Assembly: GCA_951812955.1 (NCBI GenBank)
Contig: OX638340.1
Coordinates: 1,248,001-1,312,000 of the forward strand
DNA: 64,000 nt
DNA from: an uncultured Gemmatimonadota bacterium
GTDB taxonomy: Bacteria; JAAXHH01
Reading direction: 5' to 3'
This document shows positions 28,192 to 36,636 of the stretch, one piece after another. Below the pieces are notes generated by a model. The model was not told the origin of the DNA, made no database searches, and saw only the letters and a list, made by a program, of their open reading frames with translations. Position 1 is the first letter of the stretch. Each line of letters opens with the position of its first letter. The translations under genes were made by a program, and so were the position numbers.

Positions 28192-29292
28192 GTGCAACCA
28201 ACGCCAGCCAACCCAAGCCTGAAACAAATCCCGCTCCTGACCGCGAGCCAGATCGCCCGGTTCAAGCGCGACGGCTTCCTCGTTCTTCCCGCCGCGCTAG
28301 ACCCCGAACTCTGCCGCCAGGCCAGGGACGCGATGTGGGCCGCGGTGGCAACGCACCATCCCGTCATGAAGCGCGACGATCCCTCCACCTGGGCGCCGTT
28401 CAACGATGAAGTAAGCGGCCAACTTAAAGCGAAGCAGCCCGAGATCGGCGGGGACCCCTATTTCTTCACCGAAGGCCACCGCTTCTATGTCCGAAATGGC
28501 ACCGAGCCACTCATGCTCGATCTGGCCCCCAGACCCTTGTGGCAGGTCGCCGAGCAATTACTTGGTCAGGGCACGGTGGTATGGCCCGCCGGAGCGGATG
28601 CGTCCGGCATGACGACGGGACCGTGCTTCATGTCCGACGAAGCGGTGAGCGGTCTGGCCAGCCATGGAGTCAAAGAGACCGGGCAATGGCCTGAGAAGGG
28701 ATCCTTCACCACGGAAGAAGCGCTGCGCCTGCCCAGGACCGGTCCGGTGTGGTCGACCGGACAAGGGACACGCGGTTTGTACTGCACCCTGCCCAACAGC
28801 CCGTCTCCCGGTCCGGATTACCGCCGCGCCCATTCGGACGGGGTCTGCTACGGACGCGTCCGGTTTCAGGTAACCGCTTATGTCGACGACCTGCCGGCCA
28901 ATTCCGGTGGCTTCACGGTGTGGCCAGGCAGCCACAGACGAATCTGGCGCGAGCAGTGGCAGACCTTTCTCGAAGGTGAAAAGTACACGGACGACAACCT
29001 GGCGGAACGCAAGGCCGACGGTTATAACGATCCCGTCATCCAGCGCATCAAGGCCGACACCCGACCCGTTGATTGCCACGGTCCCGCCGGCACGGTGGTC
29101 TTGTGGCACACCAAGATCCTGCATATTGCCGGACAGAATACCTCCTCAGATATCATTCGCCAGGCAACTATCTACGGTTTCATGAAAACGCCGGAATCCC
29201 TTCCCGATCCGCTTGTAACGGACCACACCAACATGGATATCTGGCGTGACTGGTCCGATGAAGTGCGGGCTGTTGATGAGCGCCAGGAATAG
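28192..29292 (+). CDS. PhyH-family Fe(II)/2OG dioxygenase
   Basis: LTASQIARFKRDGFLVLPAAL, HSDG (HxD), WPGSH, VVLWHTKILHIAGQN. GTG start with GGAAAAG upstream. Confidence 0.7.
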   Translation: MQPTPANPSLKQIPLLTASQIARFKRDGFLVLPAALDPELCRQARDAMWAAVATHHPVMKRDDPSTWAPFNDEVSGQLKAKQPEIGGDPYFFTEGHRFYVRNGTEPLMLDLAPRPLWQVAEQLLGQGTVVWPAGADASGMTTGPCFMSDEAVSGLASHGVKETGQWPEKGSFTTEEALRLPRTGPVWSTGQGTRGLYCTLPNSPSPGPDYRRAHSDGVCYGRVRFQVTAYVDDLPANSGGFTVWPGSHRRIWREQWQTFLEGEKYTDDNLAERKADGYNDPVIQRIKADTRPVDCHGPAGTVVLWHTKILHIAGQNTSSDIIRQATIYGFMKTPESLPDPLVTDHTNMDIWRDWSDEVRAVDERQE

Positions 29293-29433
29293 CGCCTTGC
29301 TCCCGACCCTTGCCGGTGGAATCTACTTTTTCTGTCTCGCCCGTCAATACTCCAAAAACCCACATTTGCCAGGCATTTTCCTTGCGCTCCGATTCGATGT
29401 TATTACAATAGTAGTAACGACAGGGGGTATTTC

Positions 29434-29661
29434 ATGGTCGAACTCAAAGTCCGAAAATTCGGCAACTCGCTCGGCGTCGTCCTGCCCAAGGAAGTCGTCA
29501 ATCGGCTGCGCACGAAGGATGGGGAGCCACTGTTCCTCACCGAAGGACCGGACGGCAGCTACAAGTTGACGCCCTACGATCCCAACTTTGCAGAAAAGAT
29601 GGAGATGGCAGAAAAGATCATCGACCGCTATCGCAACACACTCCATGTCCTGGCCAAGTGA
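29434..29661 (+). CDS. AbrB/MazE(SpoVT)-fold antitoxin
   Basis: MVELKVRKFGNSLGVVLPKEVVNRL swapped-hairpin motif. AGGGGG RBS. Imperfect palindrome GTTATTAC-N5-TAGTAAC ~20 bp upstream. Confidence 0.7.
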   Translation: MVELKVRKFGNSLGVVLPKEVVNRLRTKDGEPLFLTEGPDGSYKLTPYDPNFAEKMEMAEKIIDRYRNTLHVLAK

Positions 29662-30053
29662 CGGAGCCGGTCTGGATAGAAACACGCGATGCACTGATGT
29701 TGCACGAGCGCCTTATTGTGCTACACGGTGGTGCGGCGGGGGTGCGCGACAAAGGCTTGCTGCAATCAGCTCTGGCCCGAGCGCGTCAAATCTACGCGTA
29801 TTCGGATACGCCAGATCTCATCGAAATGGCGACGGCCTATACAGTGAGCATCGTGCGCAACCATCCATTTGTAGATGGCAACAAGCGTACCGGCTTTGTA
29901 GTCGGAATCCTGTTTCTTGAGCTGAACGGATTTCACTTCACCGCCACTCAAGCGTGCGCGGCTCAGTCCGTTATAGAACTAGCAGGCGGGTCACTTGATG
30001 AAGCGGGCTACACGGCGTTCCTGCGCGCGAATGTCGAAACGCTGAAAGGATGA
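29658..30053 (+). CDS. doc: Doc-family toxin (Fic/Doc fold)
   Basis: HPFVDGNKRTGF (Doc variant of the Fic motif), LHERLIVLHGG. GTG start overlapping the antitoxin stop (GTGA). Confidence 0.85.
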   Translation: MTEPVWIETRDALMLHERLIVLHGGAAGVRDKGLLQSALARARQIYAYSDTPDLIEMATAYTVSIVRNHPFVDGNKRTGFVVGILFLELNGFHFTATQACAAQSVIELAGGSLDEAGYTAFLRANVETLKG

Positions 30054-30061
30054 ACGGAACG

Positions 30062-30130
30062 CGGAGCGATGAAACGAAAGTGGAGCGATGAAACGAACAT
30101 AGAGCGGTGAGCGGTGAACGGAACACGGAG
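30062..30130. repeat. short direct repeats (ggagcgatgaaacgaa x2 plus related gagcggtgaacggaac copies) downstream of doc
   Basis: Read directly. Degenerate. Confidence 0.4.
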
Positions 30131-30212
30131 CGATGACATCACATCTGCAACGCCCAACCGCCGCCACAACAAGCCTTAAGTCAGACCCTAAATCTGGAGG
30201 AATGGAGGGAAC

Positions 30213-31145
30213 ATGTCGACCATTACCAAACCGGGCAACGAAACCGGTGCCGATTCAGCTGTCGAGCCCGCCGCCGCATTTGACGCCGACTCCACATCTG
30301 CCGCCGCCCCCGTTCCCATGACCGAGGAGCAGAAGTTCTTCTTCGACCTGAAGGGCTGGATCCTCGTGCCCTCCGTATTGTCGGAGACCGAGATCGAGGA
30401 AATGAAGGCCGAAGCGTACGCTGCGGTAAAACCGGACTATCAGGGTAAAAACAGCGACCTGCAACAGGGCTATCAGGGCATGCTGGCCAACCTGCTCGAT
30501 CATCCGGCCGTGGTGGGCATTCTGAACGAGATCCTCACCGAGCCGCCCTTTGTGGGGGACGACCATTACGGATTCCGCTGCGAGAACTCCTTCCTCATGG
30601 TGCGGGAACCCGGCTGGGAGTCGACTGTTAAGGGCACCGGGCTGCCCCATGTCGTGCGCCCTCCCCAGCAGGCCAACGCCATGCGCTACCAGGTGCAGGG
30701 CGGCAAGATCTTCGCGGGACTGACGCGCGTCGTATGGGAGTTGGAGGAAGTCCGGGCGGGGTACGGCGGCACCTCCTTTCTGAGCGGTTCGCACAAGGCT
30801 CATTTCAATTACGGCGGACCGGACCGGTACCGGCCCAACATCAGCGAATCGCCCTGGGAGGAAAGTCTATACGCCGCCATGGAGGATTACAGTTGTCCGC
30901 CGGGGTCGATGCTGGTCTTCACCGAAAGCCTCATCCACGCTGCGAACGATTGGACCAATCCGGACAACCGTCGATGCGCTGTATTCAACTGCTACAACTC
31001 GATCTGGGCGCAGTGGCACCGGCTCAATCTCGACCACGAGGTTATCGATAAGATGCCACCCAAGCGGCAGTCCCTCTTCCGCGGTGCGTGGCAACTGGGC
31101 GGCGACGGGAATCGTACGTACTCGGCGGACAATCGGTCGGTGTGA
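30213..31145 (+). CDS. PhyH-family Fe(II)/2OG dioxygenase paralog
   Basis: MTEEQKFFFDLKGWILVPSVLSETEIEEMK PhyH N-terminus, GSHK..., SLIHAAN. ATG with GGAGG RBS. Confidence 0.65.
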   Translation: MSTITKPGNETGADSAVEPAAAFDADSTSAAAPVPMTEEQKFFFDLKGWILVPSVLSETEIEEMKAEAYAAVKPDYQGKNSDLQQGYQGMLANLLDHPAVVGILNEILTEPPFVGDDHYGFRCENSFLMVREPGWESTVKGTGLPHVVRPPQQANAMRYQVQGGKIFAGLTRVVWELEEVRAGYGGTSFLSGSHKAHFNYGGPDRYRPNISESPWEESLYAAMEDYSCPPGSMLVFTESLIHAANDWTNPDNRRCAVFNCYNSIWAQWHRLNLDHEVIDKMPPKRQSLFRGAWQLGGDGNRTYSADNRSV

Positions 31146-31283
31146 ACCGGCTCGTCTACTCGAGTCGACCAGTGGCGCGCCTCGCCGCATTACCGGTCGG
31201 TGTCGGTTCGCACCGGCGAATACGTTCACGCGCCGACCGAAAAACGCACTCGAGCGTATACCATCCACGACGAAAGATATGAG

Positions 31284-32567
31284 ATGACCGAAATACCCGG
31301 TGGCCTGGATGCCGTCCCGCCGCACCCCCCTTCCGTCCCGCGAAGTTCCGACCTGAAGATCACCGCCGTGGAGACCCTCATCCCCGATGATATCATGCCG
31401 GGGTTGGTCCTGCTTCGGATCCACACCGACACGGGCGCCGTCGGCCACGGGGAGACCTACTACGTCCCCCACGCGGTGGCCGCCGTGATCCATGACTGGA
31501 TGGCCCGCCGTCTGCTGGGCAGCGATCCATGTTCTATCGAGCACCACTGGCGGTTTTTCTATGAACGCATGAGTGCTTTCGGATCCCGCGGAGCGGAGAT
31601 GCGTGCCTTGAGCGCCGTAGACCTGGCCCTCTGGGATATCCTCGGCCAGGTGTGCGGACTACCTGTCTGGCAACTACTGGGCGGAAAGGCGCGGGAAGCC
31701 GTACGAGTCTACAACAGTTGCGGCGGTCCCACCTATGGACGACGTCCACCCGGGGCGCCTTCGGAGCAGGGCTGGCCCGGCCACGGTGACATCGGCAAAC
31801 CAGGGCCTTTGGAAGACAACTGGGCAGCACACAACGCCGCGGGCGACCTGGCCGAGGAACTTGTGGCGGAAGGCTACACGGGCATGAAGTTCTGGACCTT
31901 CGACCGGGCGTACCGGGCCCACGGAGCGAGTTACCTTCCCATGTCTACGGTCCGGGCATGAGTCAAGCCTCTGGAGGAGGTGCGCAAACGGGTGGGCGAC
32001 CGGATCGAGATCCTCCTAGACGGCCACGGATTCTTCCAGTTGCCCGCGGCATTACGTATCGCCGAGGCTGTACGGGACCTGAACCTGATGTGGCTCGAAG
32101 ACGTCATGCGCCTGGACAACGTGGACACGCTCAGGGATTTCCGCGACAAGGCGGGCGTCCCCCTGGCCGTCAGCGAGATGTTCATCAGCCGGGAAGACTA
32201 CCGGCACGTGCTGGAGAAAAACGCGGCCGACTACCTGATGGTGGATCCCACCTGGGTGGGCGGCATCAGCGAGACCAGGCGCCTGGCCGAAATGGCCCAG
32301 GGCTACAACATCCCGGCAGCCATGCATGATTGTACCGGTCCTTTGACGCTCTTCGCGGGCATCCATGTCGCCACTTCCGTACCCAACGTCGTCATCCAGG
32401 AGTCCGTCCGGGCCCATATCCGGACCTTCTACGATCTGCTCATCGAGCCCAACATCGTCATCGAGAACGGTTTTGCCCGGCCACCGGGGGGACCGGGCCT
32501 GGGCACTCGACTGCGCCCGGAGCTTTTCGACCCTGATCACAGGGGATATCGGATCTCGCGAGGCTAA
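31284..32567 (+). pseudogene. enolase-superfamily (mandelate racemase / mannonate-galactonate dehydratase subgroup) gene interrupted by an in-frame TGA at ~31959-31961
   Basis: ORFs 31200..31961 and 31980..32567 are in the same frame. The N part has the capping domain (KITAVETL...). The C part has barrel blocks (LLDGHG, LMWLEDV, EMF, MVDPTWVGGISE, AMHDCTGP). The junction MSTVRA*VKPLEEVRKRVGDRIEIL is contiguous conserved sequence. Confidence 0.65.
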
Positions 32568-32610
32568 TCTGGAGAACCTGCGGCACAGCACAGCAAAAAC
32601 ATCCGGAACC

Positions 32611-33435
32611 ATGTCTATCAAACTAACCGATTACCACTTCGACGCGCTTGTGAATAAAGGGTACGTTGTTATTCACCGTTTCCTGCCGGAAGCACAGTGC
32701 GCCGAGATGGCGGCTGCCGTACGGCGACTGCTGCCTCCGTGGGAGGAGATTGAAGATGACTCGCCGGATGACCGCAAGGAAGCCTGCTATTTCCCTTATT
32801 CGGAACAGTGCCTGAACCAAGCCATCATCAATCCGGAAGCCATTCACTTTGCGCAACGCTGGCTTGAAACGGAACATATTCACTATCGACCGGGACTGGC
32901 GCTCGTCCGGTATCCGGGCTTCAAGGGTAATCGCGGCAAGAGTCATATCGATAACGGCAACAATTCGTTGCTGCCGCCGACGGAAACGGACCACACCCAC
33001 GCACAGCTGAATTTCTGGTTCTATCTCGAAGATGTTGCCGCCGACCAGGCACCGACCCTTTTTATCGCAAATAACGACAATCTCGACCTTAGCAAATCGG
33101 AAGCCATGGTGGCGCCTGCGGGTTCGGTGTGCGTTTTTCACAACTATACGCAGCATGCCGCCAGCGATTATGCGCGCAGCCAGGGGCAACGATACGTATG
33201 GAAATTCGCATTCGGCCGAGCGGACCACTACTGGGAGGGCGTGCTGCACTACACGGATGCCGGCAAGGATAAACACTTCCGGGAATTCATCGGATCCATT
33301 TCCGCCAGGGAACGCGAACTGTTCCGCTTCCCACCTGCCGGCCACCCATACTACACCGAACAGACCCTCGCGGCGCTGGAGGAACAATACCCGGGATGGA
33401 ATCGACGCAACGAGTACGCGTTTCAGTCCGGGTGA
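32611..33435 (+). CDS. PhyH-family Fe(II)/2OG dioxygenase paralog
   Basis: MSIKLTDYHFDALVNKGYVVIHRFLPEAQCAEM, HIDNG, VCVFHNYTQHAAS. Start at the internal true ATG; the ORF-track extension is Ser/Pro low-complexity. Confidence 0.65.
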   Translation: MSIKLTDYHFDALVNKGYVVIHRFLPEAQCAEMAAAVRRLLPPWEEIEDDSPDDRKEACYFPYSEQCLNQAIINPEAIHFAQRWLETEHIHYRPGLALVRYPGFKGNRGKSHIDNGNNSLLPPTETDHTHAQLNFWFYLEDVAADQAPTLFIANNDNLDLSKSEAMVAPAGSVCVFHNYTQHAASDYARSQGQRYVWKFAFGRADHYWEGVLHYTDAGKDKHFREFIGSISARERELFRFPPAGHPYYTEQTLAALEEQYPGWNRRNEYAFQSG

Positions 33436-33529
33436 ATCGTCCGGGAAGGAAGTATTGCTGATCGTCTGGCCTGAAGAAACGGCCATGTAACCGGACCGCC
33501 TTCTTGGCTACCCAATCAAGGGAATAACC

Positions 33530-34306
33530 ATGCTAAAGGCCGAGATAGTCGAAGCGGTTGATATCGAGCGCGCCGCCGCCATCTTCCACCGGGACGGATT
33601 CGTCTGCGTAAGCGACCCCATGGACGAGAAACAGTTCGCCCTGAACCGCTCGGGCGCCGAACGTGTTATGCAGGAGCAGGAAGCCGAATTCGGGCGTGAA
33701 AAAATGAACCGGGGGTTCGCGCGTCAATCTTTCGGAAGTCAGTTGCACAACTGGGAGTGGTGCATCCTGATCGACTTGCCGACAATACTGCCGATATTAG
33801 ATACGATCTGGAGTAGCGACGACTATACCTGCACCGGCGCCGGGGGCGACTATTCCCTGCCTGGCGCGAAGATCCAGCACCTGCACTCCGATCGGAAAGA
33901 GGACATTTTCAATGATCCCCAGGGGCGGGTCAGCCTCCGGGACGTCCCGGCGCCCTTTATCGTAATCAACTTCACCATGGTGGATTTCACCGTGGAAAAC
34001 GGCGCCATCCGGTTCATTCCCGGCACCCATCGATCCCATGCGCCGATCCCTTCACTCGAAGAGGAACCGGAATGGATGCGCACCAACCACCTGTGCGCGC
34101 CGGCGAACACGGCCATCATCCGCGACGTGCGCTGCTGGCACGGGGGCACGGCGAACAACTCGGACATGAAACGGCCGATGACAAGCGTGGGATTCCATGC
34201 GCCGTGGCACCGCGCAGTCGAGGAGAAAACCTTGCCGAGGGAGCACTATAATCGGCTGTCTGCGCGGGCCCAGCGGCTGTGCCGGCATATCGTGGAGGCG
34301 GCATAG
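33530..34306 (+). CDS. PhyH-family Fe(II)/2OG dioxygenase paralog
   Basis: AAAIFHRDGFVCVSDPMDEKQ, HSD, FIPGTHRSH, RCWHGGTAN. Confidence 0.65.
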   Translation: MLKAEIVEAVDIERAAAIFHRDGFVCVSDPMDEKQFALNRSGAERVMQEQEAEFGREKMNRGFARQSFGSQLHNWEWCILIDLPTILPILDTIWSSDDYTCTGAGGDYSLPGAKIQHLHSDRKEDIFNDPQGRVSLRDVPAPFIVINFTMVDFTVENGAIRFIPGTHRSHAPIPSLEEEPEWMRTNHLCAPANTAIIRDVRCWHGGTANNSDMKRPMTSVGFHAPWHRAVEEKTLPREHYNRLSARAQRLCRHIVEAA

Positions 34307-34402
34307 GCTGTCCTCCGGGCTCATTCAATTGACTCGGTATCCTCTGTAGGGTGTAGTAACACGCTACCGACAGAAGAATTGAATCTGGATGTCAAGATAA
34401 TG

Positions 34403-34431
34403 TTGACAATATGCACACATTGTGTGATAAT
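34403..34431 (+). promoter_or_regulatory. sigma70-like promoter TTGACA-N17-GATAAT with embedded 14-bp perfect palindrome CACACAATTGTGTG, 6 nt upstream of the brnT ATG
   Basis: Read directly. The palindrome between -35 and -10 is a plausible autoregulatory operator for the BrnT/BrnA pair. No SD, so the mRNA may be leaderless. Confidence 0.45.
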
Positions 34432-34437
34432 TGACGT

Positions 34438-34722
34438 ATGGACATCGACTTCGACTGGAGCACCGAAAAGAATCGGCAGCTCATCGAGCAGCGGGAAATC
34501 TCGTTTGAGCGCGTTGTCGTTGCCATAGAGCAAGGCGGCTTGGTGGACGTGCTTGAACATCCAAACAAGGATGACTACCCGGGACAGTTGATCTACGCCG
34601 TGGAAATCGACCAGTACATACACCTCGTGCCTTTCGTGACGCAGAGCGATGGCACTCGCTTTCTGAAGCCGATCATTCCCAGCCGGAAGGCCACGAGAGA
34701 TTACAGGAGGAGGACATTGTGA
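34438..34722 (+). CDS. brnT: BrnT-family toxin (DUF497 ribonuclease, RelE-like fold)
   Basis: FDWSTEKNRQLIEQREISFERV (WDxxKxxxNxxxHGxSF-type N-terminus), ~94 aa. Toxin precedes antitoxin as in BrnTA loci. Confidence 0.7.
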   Translation: MDIDFDWSTEKNRQLIEQREISFERVVVAIEQGGLVDVLEHPNKDDYPGQLIYAVEIDQYIHLVPFVTQSDGTRFLKPIIPSRKATRDYRRRTL

Positions 34723-34994
34723 GTAAGGAATTGAGCGCTGAAGAACGCGACGTGCTCGAACGATTCGAGCGGGACGAGTTACGCTCCGCCGCTGACGCCG
34801 AACACGAGGCCGAGTTGGCCAGGCAGGCGGCTCGCAATACGTTCAACAAGACCAAGCGAGTGAATCTCCGGGTGACCGAACGCGACTTCAATCTCGCGCA
34901 CGCGAGAGCCAGGGAAGAGGGGATACCCTATCAGACGCTGCTGTCCAGCGTCATCCACAAGTACCTGTCAGGTCGCCTTACAGAGAAGAAGTAG
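34719..34994 (+). CDS. brnA: BrnA-family antitoxin
   Basis: VNLRVTERDFNLAHARAREEGIPYQTLLSSVIHKYLSGRL matches the BrnA C-terminal block. GTG start overlapping the brnT stop (GTGA). Confidence 0.7.
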   Translation: MSKELSAEERDVLERFERDELRSAADAEHEAELARQAARNTFNKTKRVNLRVTERDFNLAHARAREEGIPYQTLLSSVIHKYLSGRLTEKK

Positions 34995-35514
34995 GCCGAA
35001 TAAACTGCCTTCGCCTCCACTAATTTAGTAGTAATTAGTATTATATTGGTAGTGAGGAACTGGTATTCCTTGTATCACGTGAAAATCTACAATGAGAATA
35101 CCCAAGACACCTCCCGATTTCGCTGACCTGATCACTTTCTGGTCGACAAGAACGGCAACCAATTCAGTTATGATCTGGTAGACCCTATCCCCAGTTTCTT
35201 ACACGCGAAGAGTTGCCAGGGATAAAGGGTCATAAGTCAGACAGCCCGTACGGATCTGCTGGAGCTTTACGAGCGCGGACTCTTCAGCAAGCAGAAGATA
35301 GGCAGGAAGTGGGTTTTCGATGCACCGGAAGATTTGGAGGAGAGGCTGGCTGGTTAACCAGGCTAGTCCTTTGCCACCCCTGGTCGACACTCGAAGCAGA
35401 CATCCCGAAGTAAAAATCCGATGATGGACAGATTTGCCTCTGTCTCCATCGCCGCACCGTAATCCTTAAATCCATCCAATCACATCAGCCGGCTTCAAAT
35501 CTCAGACTCGCTAC

Positions 35515-36360
35515 CTACCGCTCCCACGTCCTCTTCTTGTCATCCGCGCAGGAGATTGTCAACGCGGGACCCAGTTTGTCGATGCTCAAGTGCAGGTGAT
35601 CGCCGTCCTGGACCGGGCTGAGGGCGTAGTGGTGCGTGCCCGTGGAGACGACGTCGCCGGGTTCGAGGGTGACAACGGCCGTCACTTCGGCGAGGAGTTC
35701 GGGGATGTGCCGCGCCATTTCGCCGGTGGAGAAATCGTGCTTGAGGTTGTCGTTGATCCACATCTTCGCGGGCAGGTCGTTGGCGTCGCCCACCTCGTCG
35801 GCCGTGACCAGCGCGGGCCCCATGGGACCGAAGGTGTGCCAGCTCTTGCCCAGAAAGAAGCCGCCGGGCAGTCCGCGGGCCGAGACGTCGATGAACTGGG
35901 TGTAGCCGAAGATGTGGTCTAGGGCCTCGTCCGCGCTGAGCTTGCTGGCGCGCTTGCCGATGACGATGGCGAGTTCGGGCTCGAAGTGGAAGACCGAAGC
36001 ATCGGTGTCGGGCAGTTCCACTACCGCGTTCTGGCCCATGACGGAGGTGTTGGATTTCAGAAATGCGTTGAAGGTTTCCTTGGTCGGGTGATCCGGTTCG
36101 ATGTAGTTCCCCGCCAGGCAGAGCAGTTGGCCGGGACGGGGGACCGGTGCCCTCAGACTGACCGAGGACAGAGGCGTACCGGACTGCCCCTGCGCGGCGT
36201 CGGCGATGCTTGGGCCGTAGGAATCCCAACCGCTGATTACCGCATCCAACTGCGCCTGGGGGCTGGATGCGCCGATACCCGCTACGGCGTCCGAAACGTC
36301 TTTGATCGTGTCATGCTCGATTACGCCCAGGGTATAGTCGTTGTAGTATGCCAGTTTCAC
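35515..36360 (-). CDS. fumarylacetoacetate hydrolase (FAH)-family protein (2-keto-4-pentenoate hydratase / oxaloacetate decarboxylase-like)
   Basis: FEPELAIVIGKRA, GPMGPALVTADEV, VVSTGT. GTG start with AGGAGG RBS. Confidence 0.8.
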   Translation of the reverse strand: MKLAYYNDYTLGVIEHDTIKDVSDAVAGIGASSPQAQLDAVISGWDSYGPSIADAAQGQSGTPLSSVSLRAPVPRPGQLLCLAGNYIEPDHPTKETFNAFLKSNTSVMGQNAVVELPDTDASVFHFEPELAIVIGKRASKLSADEALDHIFGYTQFIDVSARGLPGGFFLGKSWHTFGPMGPALVTADEVGDANDLPAKMWINDNLKHDFSTGEMARHIPELLAEVTAVVTLEPGDVVSTGTHHYALSPVQDGDHLHLSIDKLGPALTISCADDKKRTWER

Positions 36361-36544
36361 GTAAGCCTCCTGTTTACGGACGGTTTGCGAATCTGAAATC
36401 TGTTTTAGTACACTGTTGCCGGAAATGGACGAACTAATATAACCGGACCCGGCGTTCAGTCAACTTCAATCCCTACTATTGGATCTATCTTCTTTTCAAC
36501 TAGATTTCCCGTGCTGATTCCCATTCCATTGCTGCCCTGCGGCC

Positions 36545-36636
36545 CGACCTGGATGCCCACCTCAGTTTGACCTGGATGCCCACCTCAGCTTGACCTGCAT
36601 GCCCATCTCAATCCTGCCTGCATACCCATCTCAGAA
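36545..36636. repeat. 23-bp tandem repeat x4 (gacctggatgcccacctcagttt), progressively degenerate; the last copy overlaps the TonB-dependent receptor stop codon
   Basis: Read directly. Confidence 0.7.

Noticed and set aside
31959-31961. TGA as selenocysteine or Gly recoding in the enolase-superfamily gene
   Set aside because: TGA terminates many other genes in the window, for example 2145-2147 and 20946-20948. There is no obvious SECIS-like hairpin downstream, and the enolase superfamily has no conserved Sec/Cys at this position. A nonsense mutation or sequencing error is more likely.
35213-35413. 66-aa plus ORF and 63-aa minus ORF in the AT-rich remnant
   Set aside because: They have no motifs. 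The only protein-like reading is a start-less HTH/excisionase-like C-terminal fragment in another frame, which is reported as part of the island finding rather than as a gene.
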